A stretch of 64,000 nucleotides of DNA, taken from an uncultured Gemmatimonadaceae bacterium. GTDB lineage: Bacteria > Gemmatimonadota > Gemmatimonadetes > Gemmatimonadales > Gemmatimonadaceae. This document shows, in pieces, positions 1 to 10,268 of this stretch. The translations under genes were made by a program, and so were the position numbers. The stretch is from contig CAWFQK010000004.1 in NCBI GenBank assembly GCA_963817955.1, positions 1,504,001 through 1,568,000 on the forward strand, written 5' to 3'. Numbering within the stretch: the stretch's first letter is position 1; each line of letters starts with the position of its first letter. The notes beneath the pieces were generated by a model. That model did not search any database and was not told the DNA's origin. It was given only the letters and a program-made list of their open reading frames with translations.

Positions 1-146
1 TGCGGCGCGCGAGCTGAGGCAGGAGATCACCTGGCCGCCCCAGTACGAGCGGGCGAAGACCGGTCCATAGAAGACCGGTCCACAAGAAGAAACGAAACGC
101 ACTGGCGGTCGTAAACCCTTACGGGACTCAGCGGGTCAAATGACCG

Positions 147-3100
147 GTGCGTTCACTGTATGTCCCCCCCACCACATCCCCTACCTCGGGTCGTCACGTG
201 AGTCCACGGCGTTTGTTCGTCCTCTTCGCGACGTTCGGCTTTGTCGCGGCGAGCCTCCCGTCCGCGCTCTCCGCGCAACAATCCGACGTCATCCGGGGCC
301 GCATCGTCGGCCCCGATAGCCTACCGGTCGAGCGGGCGACGATCACGGTCACGTCACTCGATGGCAACATCACGCGTACGGCGCGGACGGACAAAGGCGG
401 CCGGTACACGATTGCCTTTCCCGGCGAGGAAGGCGATTACATCGTCAACATTGCGGCATTCGGCTTCGCGGCCAAGCGCTTTGAGATCAAGCGCACGGGA
501 GATCAGGAGATTCTCGTGGCCGACGCCCGGCTCTCCCGCTCCGCCGCACAACTCGACGCGGTGAAGGTCCGCGCGTCGCGCGACAAGCCGGCGCGCGACG
601 ACCTGCGGCCCGACATCAGCGGCAGCGAGCGCCAGGTGAATGGCAGTGGCCTTTCACCCGATCAGATGGGCGATCTCGCCGCGCTGGCCGCTTCGCTCCC
701 CGGCGTTCAGCTCATTCCCGGCGCGGACGGCAGTCCTTCCAGCTTTTCGGTGCTGGGACTGACCGCCGACCAGAACGCGACGACCCTGAACGGGATGAAC
801 TTCGGCGGCAGCAGCGTCCCCCGCGACGCGAACGTCTCCACCTCAGTGGTGACGACGCCCTATGACGTCTCGCGCGGCAACTTCAGCGGCGGCCTGCTCT
901 CCATGCGCACCGGCCGGCCGTCGAACTTCATCATTCGCACGACGAGCGCCAACGTCGACGCTCCGCAGATGCAGTGGACCGATCCGGCGGCACGGTCGCT
1001 CGGGCAGCAGTACACGAACGTGTCCGTCGGCGGCCTGATCGCCGCCCCCATCCAGTCGGACAAGTCGTTCTTCAACATCGCATACCAATTCGGCCGGCGG
1101 CAGAGCGATCTTCAGAGCTTGCTGAACACCGACGCGCTGGGCTTGCAGACTGCCGGCCTGGCACCGGACTCCGTGAAGCATCTACTGTCGACCCTCGGTC
1201 GCTGGCCGGCGCTGACGTCGACCTCGGGTTTGCCGGGCGCACGCATGAACGATCAGGCGCTGGTCCTCGGCACGTTCGACTTCACACCTCCGTCGTCCAC
1301 CACCGGCCAGGCATTCAACCTGACGTACAACGCGCAGTGGAATCGCAGCACCGCCGCCACCGCATCGCCCACCGAGCTGCCTGCGCACAGCGGCGACCGC
1401 ACCACCTGGAACGCCGGTCTTCAGGGACGGCACACGAACTACTTCGGATTTGGCGTCCTGAGCGAAACATCGGTGGGTGTCAGCCAGAACCGAAACTACG
1501 GTACGCCGTATCTCGACCTGCCGAACGCCAGCGTGCGGGTGACTTCCTCATTTGCCGACGGCACATCGAGCGTGCAGAATGTGTCGTTCGGCGGCAACGC
1601 GTTCCTCAACACGAACGTCACGACGACCACCGGTCAGTTGTCCAACCAACTCTCCTGGTTCAGCGAGGACAATAAGCACCGCCTGAAGCTGACGACGGAG
1701 TTGCGACGCGATCAGTACGCGCAGGATCTCACGACGAATCGCCTGGGCACCTTCACCTACAATTCCCTGTCGGATCTCGACGCCGGAACGCCATCGGCGT
1801 TCACACGCCAACTGTCGCCGAGCAAGCGGAGCGAGAGTGAGTACATCGGCGGCCTGTCGCTCGGTGACTCGTATCGCCCCAGCAGCGACCTGCAGGTGCA
1901 GTACGGCGTGCGCGTGGACGGCAACCAGTTCAACGCGGGCCCCACGTTCAATCCCGACGTGCAGCGCGTGTTCGGGCTCGATAACGCGCGCGTGCCGAAC
2001 CGTGCGTATGTCAGCCCGCGCGTCGGCTTCTCGTGGACGTATGGCTCCGCGCCGCAGATCCCCGGGTTCGAGGGTGCCGTGCGCGGGCCGCGCGCGGTCG
2101 TGCGCGGGGGCGTCGGCGTCTTTCAGAGCACGCCGAGCGCATCGATGATCGGCAGCGCGATGGACAACACGGGGTTGGCAAGCGCCGTGCAGCAAATCGC
2201 CTGCGTCGGTGCCGGCGTGCCGACCCCCGATTGGGCGTCATACCTGGCGAACATCGGAGCAATTCCGTCCGCGTGCGCCAATGGGGCGACGGGGACGGTG
2301 TTCTCGAATAGCGCACCGAACGTGACGCTCTTCGCCAACGACTACTCGGCGCCACGTGCGCTCCGCTCCAATCTCCAGTGGAACGGACCGGTGCTCAGCA
2401 ACCGGTTCTCGGCGTCGGTCGATGCCACGTATTCGCTCAACATGAACCAGGCGAGCACGTTCGACCTGAACTTCTCGCCGGTGGAGCGGTTCTCGCTCGC
2501 GAACGAGGGCGGCCGCCCGGTGTACGCACAGCCGTCGAGCATTGTCCCGAGTACGGGTTCGATCGCGGCGGGTGAGGCGCGCATCACCCCGCTGTATTCG
2601 CATGTCAGCGAGTTGCGCTCGGACATGGAATCGGAGGCGCGCCAGCTCACCATCAGCCTTCAGCCAACCACCTTCAACACGAGCTTCACCTGGGGCTTGT
2701 CCTACGTGTACTCCAACACGCGCGAGCGCTTCCGCGGATTCACCAGCACGGCGGGCAATCCGCTCGATGTTGCGTGGGGCCGCTCGAGCTTCGACTCGCG
2801 CCATCAGGTGGTGTACCGCCTCAACTACAACGCGTTCGATTGGGTGCGTCTGGGGTGGAGCGGATCTGTGCGCTCGGGCACGCCGTACTCGCCACTCGTG
2901 GCGGGCGACATCAATGGCGACGGCTATGCGAACGACCGCGCGTTCATCTTCAACCCGGCGGTGACGAGCGATACGGCCGTGGCCAACGGGATGCGTTCGC
3001 TGTTGGCCAACGGTTCGTCGTCCGCAAAGGCGTGTCTCAATAGCCAGCTCGGACAGATCGGCGCGCGCAACAGCTGTCAAAGCCCGTGGTTCACCACGGC

Positions 3101-3944
3101 GAACCTGAGCTTTTCATTCAATCCGATCAAGGTGCGCATGCCGCAGCGCACGAGCCTGTCGTTCAATGTGTCCAACCCGATCGGCGCGGCGGACCTGGTG
3201 ATGCACGGCGAGAACAGGCTGCACGGGTGGGGACAGTCGGCGTTCCCGTCCAGCCAACTGCTGTACGTGCGTGGGTTTGACGCCTCGACAGACCAGTACA
3301 AGTACCAAGTCAATCAGCGCTTCGGCGCCACCTCCGTCTCGCAGACGATGTCGCGCACGCCGGTGACACTCACCGCCATGCTCCGCGTGGACGTCGGCCC
3401 ACCGCGAGAGCGGCAGGTGCTCACCCAGATGCTCGATCGTGGACGTACGTTGTCGGGCCAGAAGGCGCCGGAGCTGTTGCTCAAGATGTACGGCTCCATG
3501 GGCATCTCGAATCCCATGGCGGTGATCCTGACACAGGCGGATACGTTGGGACTCACGTCGCAACAGGCCGACAGCATTGCGGTGCTCAATCGCTGGTATA
3601 CGATGAAGCTGGATTCCATCTCGACCCCGCTGGCGAAATATCTGGCGGCACTGCCCGATCGCTATGACCAGGGGGAGGCCTATGGTCGCTACCGGATGGC
3701 GCGCGAGGCATCGATCGACGCGCTCGTCAAACTGGCCCCGACGATCAAGTCACTCCTCACGGCCGATCAACTCCGGAAACTGCCAACCTACGTTTCGCCA
3801 TTCCTCGACACGCGCTATCTCGCTTCCGTACGCTCCGGCACCGCCGGAACAGGTCTCGGTATGATCATGATGGGCGGCGGCGGTTCGGCGTCCATGGGCG
3901 GAATGAGCGGCGACAAAGTCACCATTCGCATCGGTTCGCCGTGA
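147..3944 (+). CDS. TonB-dependent/Oar-like outer membrane receptor with N-terminal carboxypeptidase regulatory-like domain
   Basis: 1265-aa ORF; signal peptide, 'IRGRIVGPDSLPVERATITV' domain, plug-like region, beta-barrel pattern ('SPRVGFSWT', 'GDINGDGYAND'), extra helical C-terminal domain. Confidence 0.8.
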   Translation: MRSLYVPPTTSPTSGRHVSPRRLFVLFATFGFVAASLPSALSAQQSDVIRGRIVGPDSLPVERATITVTSLDGNITRTARTDKGGRYTIAFPGEEGDYIVNIAAFGFAAKRFEIKRTGDQEILVADARLSRSAAQLDAVKVRASRDKPARDDLRPDISGSERQVNGSGLSPDQMGDLAALAASLPGVQLIPGADGSPSSFSVLGLTADQNATTLNGMNFGGSSVPRDANVSTSVVTTPYDVSRGNFSGGLLSMRTGRPSNFIIRTTSANVDAPQMQWTDPAARSLGQQYTNVSVGGLIAAPIQSDKSFFNIAYQFGRRQSDLQSLLNTDALGLQTAGLAPDSVKHLLSTLGRWPALTSTSGLPGARMNDQALVLGTFDFTPPSSTTGQAFNLTYNAQWNRSTAATASPTELPAHSGDRTTWNAGLQGRHTNYFGFGVLSETSVGVSQNRNYGTPYLDLPNASVRVTSSFADGTSSVQNVSFGGNAFLNTNVTTTTGQLSNQLSWFSEDNKHRLKLTTELRRDQYAQDLTTNRLGTFTYNSLSDLDAGTPSAFTRQLSPSKRSESEYIGGLSLGDSYRPSSDLQVQYGVRVDGNQFNAGPTFNPDVQRVFGLDNARVPNRAYVSPRVGFSWTYGSAPQIPGFEGAVRGPRAVVRGGVGVFQSTPSASMIGSAMDNTGLASAVQQIACVGAGVPTPDWASYLANIGAIPSACANGATGTVFSNSAPNVTLFANDYSAPRALRSNLQWNGPVLSNRFSASVDATYSLNMNQASTFDLNFSPVERFSLANEGGRPVYAQPSSIVPSTGSIAAGEARITPLYSHVSELRSDMESEARQLTISLQPTTFNTSFTWGLSYVYSNTRERFRGFTSTAGNPLDVAWGRSSFDSRHQVVYRLNYNAFDWVRLGWSGSVRSGTPYSPLVAGDINGDGYANDRAFIFNPAVTSDTAVANGMRSLLANGSSSAKACLNSQLGQIGARNSCQSPWFTTANLSFSFNPIKVRMPQRTSLSFNVSNPIGAADLVMHGENRLHGWGQSAFPSSQLLYVRGFDASTDQYKYQVNQRFGATSVSQTMSRTPVTLTAMLRVDVGPPRERQVLTQMLDRGRTLSGQKAPELLLKMYGSMGISNPMAVILTQADTLGLTSQQADSIAVLNRWYTMKLDSISTPLAKYLAALPDRYDQGEAYGRYRMAREASIDALVKLAPTIKSLLTADQLRKLPTYVSPFLDTRYLASVRSGTAGTGLGMIMMGGGGSASMGGMSGDKVTIRIGSP

Positions 3945-3997
3945 GTCACACGAGCATGTGGCGACAACGAGAGTCACACGAACATTTGCCGATAACT

Positions 3998-5281
3998 ATG
4001 ATTAAACACTCATTGTTCCTGATTGCCGCCGCGTCCAGCCTCGCGGCGCAGACGCCGACCGTGCACCTCATCCGCGCGCCGGAGGCGGCGTCCAAGCAGG
4101 TGCTGACCAACGTGACGGCCGTCCGGCAACTGCCCGGCGGTCGTGTGCTGGTGAACGACATCGGCCGGCGACAGCTTCTGTCGTTCGACGCCGCACTGAC
4201 AACCGTGACCGTCGTGGCCGACTCGGCGAGCGGAGGCGCGAATGCCTACGGCCCCGGGCCCGGTGGGCTCATCGCCTATGCCGGTGACTCCTCACTCTTC
4301 GTCGACCCGCGGGACCTTTCGATGTTCGTCATCGACCCAACGGGCGCGATCGCCCGCGTGGCCGCCGTGCCGCGCTCGCAAGACGCCTCGACGATCGGCT
4401 CCAACACGTTCGGCAGTCCGGCCTTCGACCCGAAGGGACGTCTGGTCTATCGCGGCGGTATGAGCCGGATCATGCCAAAGGTGGACGCCAAGGGCAACTT
4501 CAGCATGCCCGAACTGCCCGACTCGTCGGCCATCGTGCGTGTCGATCTCGTTTCTCGCAAGCTCGATACGGCGGGGTTCATCAAGATTGCCCAAACGAAG
4601 ATGACCGTGAACCGGACCGAGCGCGGCATCTCGATGACGTCGGAGATCAACCCCATGCAGATCGTCGACGACTGGGCCGTGTTGTCCAATGGTACCATCG
4701 CCCTGATTCGCGGGCGCGATTATCACATCGATCTCATCGACGCCGACAATAAGACCACCTCGGCAGCGAAGGTTCCGTTCGACTGGGCGCGCTTGAGCGA
4801 TGAGGAGAAGGTAGCGGTCATCGATTCGGCAAAGACGGCCATGGATAGGGCGCGCACATCACCCAGCGCGAACAACGGAATGTATGTTGGAGCGGGCAGT
4901 GGCGGCGCCCAGAGGATGCAGATCATGACGATGGACGTCGGTGGCGGTGGCAGCCCCACCCAGGGCAAGGCCGATGGTGCCGCAGCCGGTCTGCCGCCAC
5001 TCGACTTCGTGAGTCCGAGCGAGCTCCCCGACTATCGCCCGGTGTTCACTGCAGGAGCAGCCAGACCTGATCTCGATGGTAATTTGTGGATCCGCACGTC
5101 AGCCACGCGTGCCGGCGTTTCCGCCGGACCGATCTACGATGTCGTCAACTCCAAGGGCGAGCTCGTGGATCGCGTGCAGGTGAGCGCCGGACGCCAGATT
5201 GTGGGATTCGGCACGGGTGGCGTGGTCTACCTTGTGGCCCGCGACGACAAGGGCGCCTGGCTCGAGAAAACCCACCGATAG
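3998..5281 (+). CDS. Secreted hypothetical protein, probable beta-propeller
   Basis: ORF 3941-5281; ATG at 3998 gives signal peptide MIKHSLFLIAAASSLAAQ; 'DLDGNLWIR...YDVVNSKGELVDRV' propeller-like motifs. Confidence 0.65.
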   Translation: MIKHSLFLIAAASSLAAQTPTVHLIRAPEAASKQVLTNVTAVRQLPGGRVLVNDIGRRQLLSFDAALTTVTVVADSASGGANAYGPGPGGLIAYAGDSSLFVDPRDLSMFVIDPTGAIARVAAVPRSQDASTIGSNTFGSPAFDPKGRLVYRGGMSRIMPKVDAKGNFSMPELPDSSAIVRVDLVSRKLDTAGFIKIAQTKMTVNRTERGISMTSEINPMQIVDDWAVLSNGTIALIRGRDYHIDLIDADNKTTSAAKVPFDWARLSDEEKVAVIDSAKTAMDRARTSPSANNGMYVGAGSGGAQRMQIMTMDVGGGGSPTQGKADGAAAGLPPLDFVSPSELPDYRPVFTAGAARPDLDGNLWIRTSATRAGVSAGPIYDVVNSKGELVDRVQVSAGRQIVGFGTGGVVYLVARDDKGAWLEKTHR

Positions 5282-5328
5282 CTCAACTGCCGGTTCTCCG
5301 GTGCAGCCATTGCACCTAGCGTTCAGCA

Positions 5329-6459
5329 ATGTCGAATCCGCACCGTTTAGCCGTTCTTGCGTTCGTCCTCGCCACCGCCTGTGGTGGCAACAGCAAATCC
5401 GTGCCGGCCGCGCAAACATCGCGCGCGCCGGCACGCAGTACATCGGCCACCGCTGGCCCCGTTTCGACGGCTCGCGACCTTGCCGGCGGCAAGGCTGACA
5501 TCGACAGGAAAGGCGCCAAACGCATCAGTGCCGATTCGGCGATCATGATCGGCGTCGCCACGCAGCCGAAGTCGCGAACGCAAGCGGATAGCATCTCGCT
5601 CGTCGCGTCCATTCGCGCGGGTCTGAAGAACCCCGGCTGGCCGGTACGAACACCACCACCACTGCCCGGATCGATTCTGCCGTACAAGCGGATCGTCGCA
5701 TTCTATGGCAATCCGCTGTCGAAAAAAATGGGCATCCTTGGCGAGATCCCGTACGACCAGATGCTCGCGAAGCTCGACCAGGTTGCCGCCGAATGGAAGG
5801 CGGCCGATCCAGCGACACCAGTGCAGGAAGCACTGCATCTCGTCGCGTCGGTGGCGCAAGGGCAACCCGGCAAGGACAGCATGTACCGCCAACGCTCCGA
5901 TCCGGACCTCATCGAGAAGATCTATGGGATGGCGCACGCGCGCGGCGCGATCACCATCCTGGACGTGCAGGCCGGCAAGAGCACGTTGGACCAGGAGATT
6001 CCAGTGCTGCTGCCCTTTCTACAGCGGCCGGACGTGCACCTGGGCATGGATCCCGAGTTCTACATGCACTACAACCGCGCCGGCCGCGCACCCGGATCGA
6101 AGATCGGCGCGATGGACGCGAACGACGTCAACTACGCCATCGACCAGCTCGCGCAGATCGTGACGAAGTACCATCTGCCGCCCAAGGTGCTCATCGTCCA
6201 TCGCTTCACACAGAACATGCTACAGCACGCAGACCGGATCAAACTCGATCCACGCGTGCAGGTCGTGATCAACATGGACGGCTGGGGCCAACCGTGGCTC
6301 AAGTTCGACACGTACAAGACGTGCGAGGTGGATGAGCCGGTGGAGTTCACGGGATTCAAGCTCTTCTTCCACAACGACACCCGCAAAGGCGACGCGCTGC
6401 TGTCGCCGACGGAAGTGCTCGCCCTGCGGCCGCGGCCGATCTACATCCAGTACCAATGA
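5329..6459 (+). CDS. Conserved hypothetical lipoprotein
   Basis: Lipobox LATAC; globular C-terminal region 'RIVAFYGNP...LDVQAG...HLGMDPEF...MDGWG...FTGFKLF'. Confidence 0.75.
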   Translation: MSNPHRLAVLAFVLATACGGNSKSVPAAQTSRAPARSTSATAGPVSTARDLAGGKADIDRKGAKRISADSAIMIGVATQPKSRTQADSISLVASIRAGLKNPGWPVRTPPPLPGSILPYKRIVAFYGNPLSKKMGILGEIPYDQMLAKLDQVAAEWKAADPATPVQEALHLVASVAQGQPGKDSMYRQRSDPDLIEKIYGMAHARGAITILDVQAGKSTLDQEIPVLLPFLQRPDVHLGMDPEFYMHYNRAGRAPGSKIGAMDANDVNYAIDQLAQIVTKYHLPPKVLIVHRFTQNMLQHADRIKLDPRVQVVINMDGWGQPWLKFDTYKTCEVDEPVEFTGFKLFFHNDTRKGDALLSPTEVLALRPRPIYIQYQ

Positions 6460-6466
6460 CGGACGC

Positions 6467-6883
6467 CTACCCCCTACGAACCAGGTCCAACTCGCACGAC
6501 CCGCGATCGACTGACATGAACGACCCGGTAATCCGGTCGTTCGATTGCAAGGTGCCGCTGTACGGGGGTGTCCACAATGTGTCGCTAAATACCATGTGCC
6601 CGTGGAGTGCCACGCCAGATCGCGCGGCGGACAACGTGACCTGCCCTGTTCCCGTCAAGTTTTCACCACCACATCCAAGCGTATTCACTGGGCCAACGGA
6701 GTAGCCGCCGGTGCCCGTCACCGAATCGGCCGTCCAGGTGAGCTGAAGCGAGACGGAGACCCCGCCCGCCGCGCCCGACCATGTGCCAGCCAAGTTGGTG
6801 TCGGGCGGTGGCGTGCCGCCGATCGCGGAGATGCACGTCGCGAGAATAGCGGCCACCCCGAGGTTCCATACCCGCGCAGTCAT
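6467..6883 (-). CDS. Small secreted hypothetical protein
   Basis: Hydrophobic N-terminus, 'LAGTWSG' beta-rich domain; start uncertain. Confidence 0.55.
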   Translation of the reverse strand: MTARVWNLGVAAILATCISAIGGTPPPDTNLAGTWSGAAGGVSVSLQLTWTADSVTGTGGYSVGPVNTLGCGGENLTGTGQVTLSAARSGVALHGHMVFSDTLWTPPYSGTLQSNDRITGSFMSVDRGSCELDLVRRG

Positions 6884-6911
6884 GACCGCCTGAACGCCTG
6901 CTCTCGCGCAA

Positions 6912-7469
6912 TCACCGGAACTCATAGTAGAGATTGATCAACGCCCCGATCGCCAGAGACGTCGTGCCGTTCACGAGCGCGATGCGAGTGCGATCGGTGC
7001 CATGCGCTGGGCGCCACGACGCTTGAGCGAAACTGCCGGCGTAGGCGCCAACGATGCGCGGGATGGCCAGAGGGAGCGTGCCGTTGGGTAGCTGGTCAGT
7101 GAAGGCTCGGCGAATGGCCCAGGCGGTCCGGTCGCCAACACCGCGGCATACGCAACGCTTGTATCCCAAGGGGCGATTCATGGCCGCGGCCAGTCCTTCG
7201 TTGACGAGCTCCTGGATGTAGAATTCGCCGACATTCGACGCAGCGCGCTTCTCGTAGCCGACCCATCCGGTCCCCCATTCGGGTGGCTGCTTCTGCGTCT
7301 GATCGTATCCGGCGAATGCTAGTCCTTCGACCGTGCCATACACGAGGTCGCGTCCCAAGTGGACCAGACGCGTCGCCGAGTCGGAGCCTACCCGGCTCTG
7401 CGCACTTGCACTGGAAAAGCCGAACATCGCCGCAACAAGGGCAACGACAAGCATTCTGAGTCCACGCAT
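6912..7469 (-). CDS. Hypothetical exported/membrane protein
   Basis: Signal peptide from ATG 7469 (MRGLRMLVVALVAAMFGFSSASA); ends 'LINLYYEFR'. Confidence 0.65.
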   Translation of the reverse strand: MRGLRMLVVALVAAMFGFSSASAQSRVGSDSATRLVHLGRDLVYGTVEGLAFAGYDQTQKQPPEWGTGWVGYEKRAASNVGEFYIQELVNEGLAAAMNRPLGYKRCVCRGVGDRTAWAIRRAFTDQLPNGTLPLAIPRIVGAYAGSFAQASWRPAHGTDRTRIALVNGTTSLAIGALINLYYEFR

Positions 7470-7613
7470 GTGACCGTTGGCTGAATGTCGAGCGCCATGC
7501 GGGCAAGCGGTGGGCCAGAAGCCACTTCGGTCCGACAGCAATCGCGGGTTTTTCCCTACTGACACCCGCTCCGGTTGAATGCAGCGTGGTAGCGAAGCCG
7601 ACAGGGGATTCCC

Positions 7614-8018
7614 ATGTTCCGAGGCATGATCGTAGTCAGCGCCTGTCTTGCGCTCGGCGTCGTCGCGCCGCAGCGGACTCGCGCCCAATTGCCATCCTCC
7701 GGACCGGAGGTGACGTCATCGAATCTGGCAGTTCAACTGGGCGTGAAGACGGCGCCCGATGCACCGGTCGAGGTTGATCTCGGCCGCTCGATCACCTGCA
7801 CACTCGACGATCCGGACAAGCTGGCGAAGCACGGCATCAAGGGAATGCACGAGGGTGCACGCGTAACGATTACGCGCGTTGCGCCCGATCGCATTCGTAT
7901 CGAGGCCGATGAGCTGGATCCGGCACCGTTCAGCGGCGCCGTGACGCTAAAGGTCGGCGTCGACGGCTCGTTGACCACCGCGCCGGAGCGCGCACCGGCC
8001 AAGCCACCGGGCGCGTGA
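7614..8018 (+). CDS. Secreted hypothetical protein
   Basis: 134-aa ORF with signal peptide and normal composition. Confidence 0.55.
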   Translation: MFRGMIVVSACLALGVVAPQRTRAQLPSSGPEVTSSNLAVQLGVKTAPDAPVEVDLGRSITCTLDDPDKLAKHGIKGMHEGARVTITRVAPDRIRIEADELDPAPFSGAVTLKVGVDGSLTTAPERAPAKPPGA

Positions 8019-8035
8019 CGCGGCCAGCCGCCTGA

Positions 8036-10253
8036 TCAAAAGCGAAAACGACGGTAGACAATGGTCGCATCGCCATCCTGAACGGACACGACGTTCGGCG
8101 GACGCGGCGGAATGGACAGGCCAGGTATCGCCGGCAGTCCAGGCATTCGCGCTGCCAATGCGAGATCGAGCGCCGCGCCCGCCGGGATCGATAGCCTCAC
8201 GATGGTACCGGTATCCGGCACGGCCCAGTACTGCATGAGCCACTCGGGTGACCGGTACCGGTATCTGGTGGGATCCACCACGCGCCCGTCGATCGCCGAT
8301 GCCAGAACATGCACACGCGGAGCGTGCATGACGACTACCGTGTTGCCGCGCGGCACTGTCACACGCACTGTCACGCTCCGCACTCCGCTCACGAGGCTGT
8401 CGCCGATCATCACCGCATTCGGCCCCGGAAGCGGCACCACCGGCACCCTCCGGCCGAAAAAAGTCGCCGAGCGCTCGGTCACCTGCCTCATCCATCCGGA
8501 TGTTGGCCCGATAGGCCCAACCGCGTTGCGCATCCAGTCGCTGCGCACGCCTGACGCTGGGGCGAGCCAGGCTTCGCCGGAGTCGGCATTCTCGGCGTAG
8601 ATCAACGACGCGGGAGTTGGGTGCGCCGGACTGTCGTGCACCACGAACACGCCGATCGCGGCCAGAACGACCGCGCCCAGCGCGACCCACGGCGCGCCAA
8701 ACCAGCGCGCGTCGCCCGCGATCAACGCCATCAGGGGCGCGAGCAGCAGAACGATGAGCGACACGATCAATGCGAGCGCAATCGCGCCGGTGGCGAAGAC
8801 ACCGAGCATCACGACGCTTACGCCGTACGAAAGTCCAGCGAGGATGAGCACCGTCACCGCAGCCGCGATCCACGCCAGAATTCTGCTCGGCCTCAGTGCA
8901 GCGGCCGCGGCGAACAGCAATGGCCACACAAAGAGGTAGCTCGCTCCGGGAGCGCGCGCGCTCACGGCGAGCGCGAGCACCAACCACATCACGAGCGCCC
9001 CGGCGTGCAGGCCACGCAAATTGGACCATCGCCGGCCAATCGAAAGACCGCCCAAGGTGATCGCAATGACGAGTAGCACCAACGCCAGAGCATAGATCCC
9101 GCTCCATCGCGCCGGACCCACGGATCGCAGGGTAACGGCCGCTGCGACAGCGGTCGATATCACGACGGAGCCAACGGAGACGAGCACTCCGGTGAGCACA
9201 CCGCGCCGCACGCGGTATACGACGCCGCCCACGAGCACGAACGCGAGGAACGCGAGTGGCAGTGCGGCGCCCACCGGGTAGTAGACGAGTCCGATGACGG
9301 GAAGATCGAAGAACACGGCATCGCCAGTCACGGGCCGAGGCAGCGCGCCGTTCGCCAAGGTCGTTCGCCACGGCGAGCATCTGGAGTCCGTGGTGCTGCA
9401 CACTGCCGGGATTGAGATACGCGACCGCGTCGTTGCTGGTGTGGTAGCGCTCCACTCCACTGGCGAACGCGAAGTTGAGCGCAGGTAGCCCGAGTTGCGC
9501 GAACTCGGAGAGGTCGGTGTCGTTCGGCAGTACGCGGTAGACGGTGGTGAACACCGATCCGGCCGTGACGTCGCCCGCTGTGCGCAGTGCGCGTGCGGCG
9601 TCGAGATTACCAGGACCGGTCTCGAACATGAACGATCGGCCGCTCGTGCCCCTGGCCTCGAAGTTGAGGACGACCGCGACATCCTTCGCCCACGGATGCT
9701 CGCGCACGAATGCCGCGGCTCCGAGCAATCCCGCCTCTTCACCGTCGGTGAAGAGCGCGATTACGTTGTGCTCGAGCGGTTCCTTGCGTGCTCGGAGTGC
9801 GCGCAGCGTCTCGAGCAGCGCACCGACACCGGCGCCGTCGTCTGCCGCCGCCGGACTGGCGCCGACGCCGTCATAGTGCACCATCAGGAGCACGGCCTTG
9901 CCTGCCTCCTTTCCCGGCAGCAGCGCGACGATGTTCTGCACGCGTCCCGCCTCCGGATATCGGGTGCCGATGCCCGTCGCCACCTGCAGCTTTGGCGCGA
10001 GCCCGAGCGCCGTCAACTGGCCCATGATGTAGTCGCGCACCCGATCGTGATCGGCCATACCCATCGCATGCGGGCGTACCGCGATCTGGTCCACGTGGCG
10101 CATCGCGCGTTCGGCCGAAAAGACATTGTCCGGCGCGCTCGCGGGAACCGGGGCAGGCGGTCTGGCGACACGGAGCACCGAGAGGATGCAAAGAACGATC
10201 AGCGCGGCGGCACTGCTGAGGCGAGAGAGCATGGGTAGCGGGACACGGGACAC
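8036..10253 (-). pseudogene. M28 family membrane metallopeptidase, frameshifted near 9360 (pseudogene or sequencing error)
   Basis: N-half has 'HYDGV...AADDGAGV...FTDGEEAGLLGA...LNFEARG...YHTSND'; multi-TM C-half continues in another frame ('TLANGALPRPVTGDAVFFDLP'). Confidence 0.8.
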
Positions 10254-10268
10254 GGGACGACGACGCCC

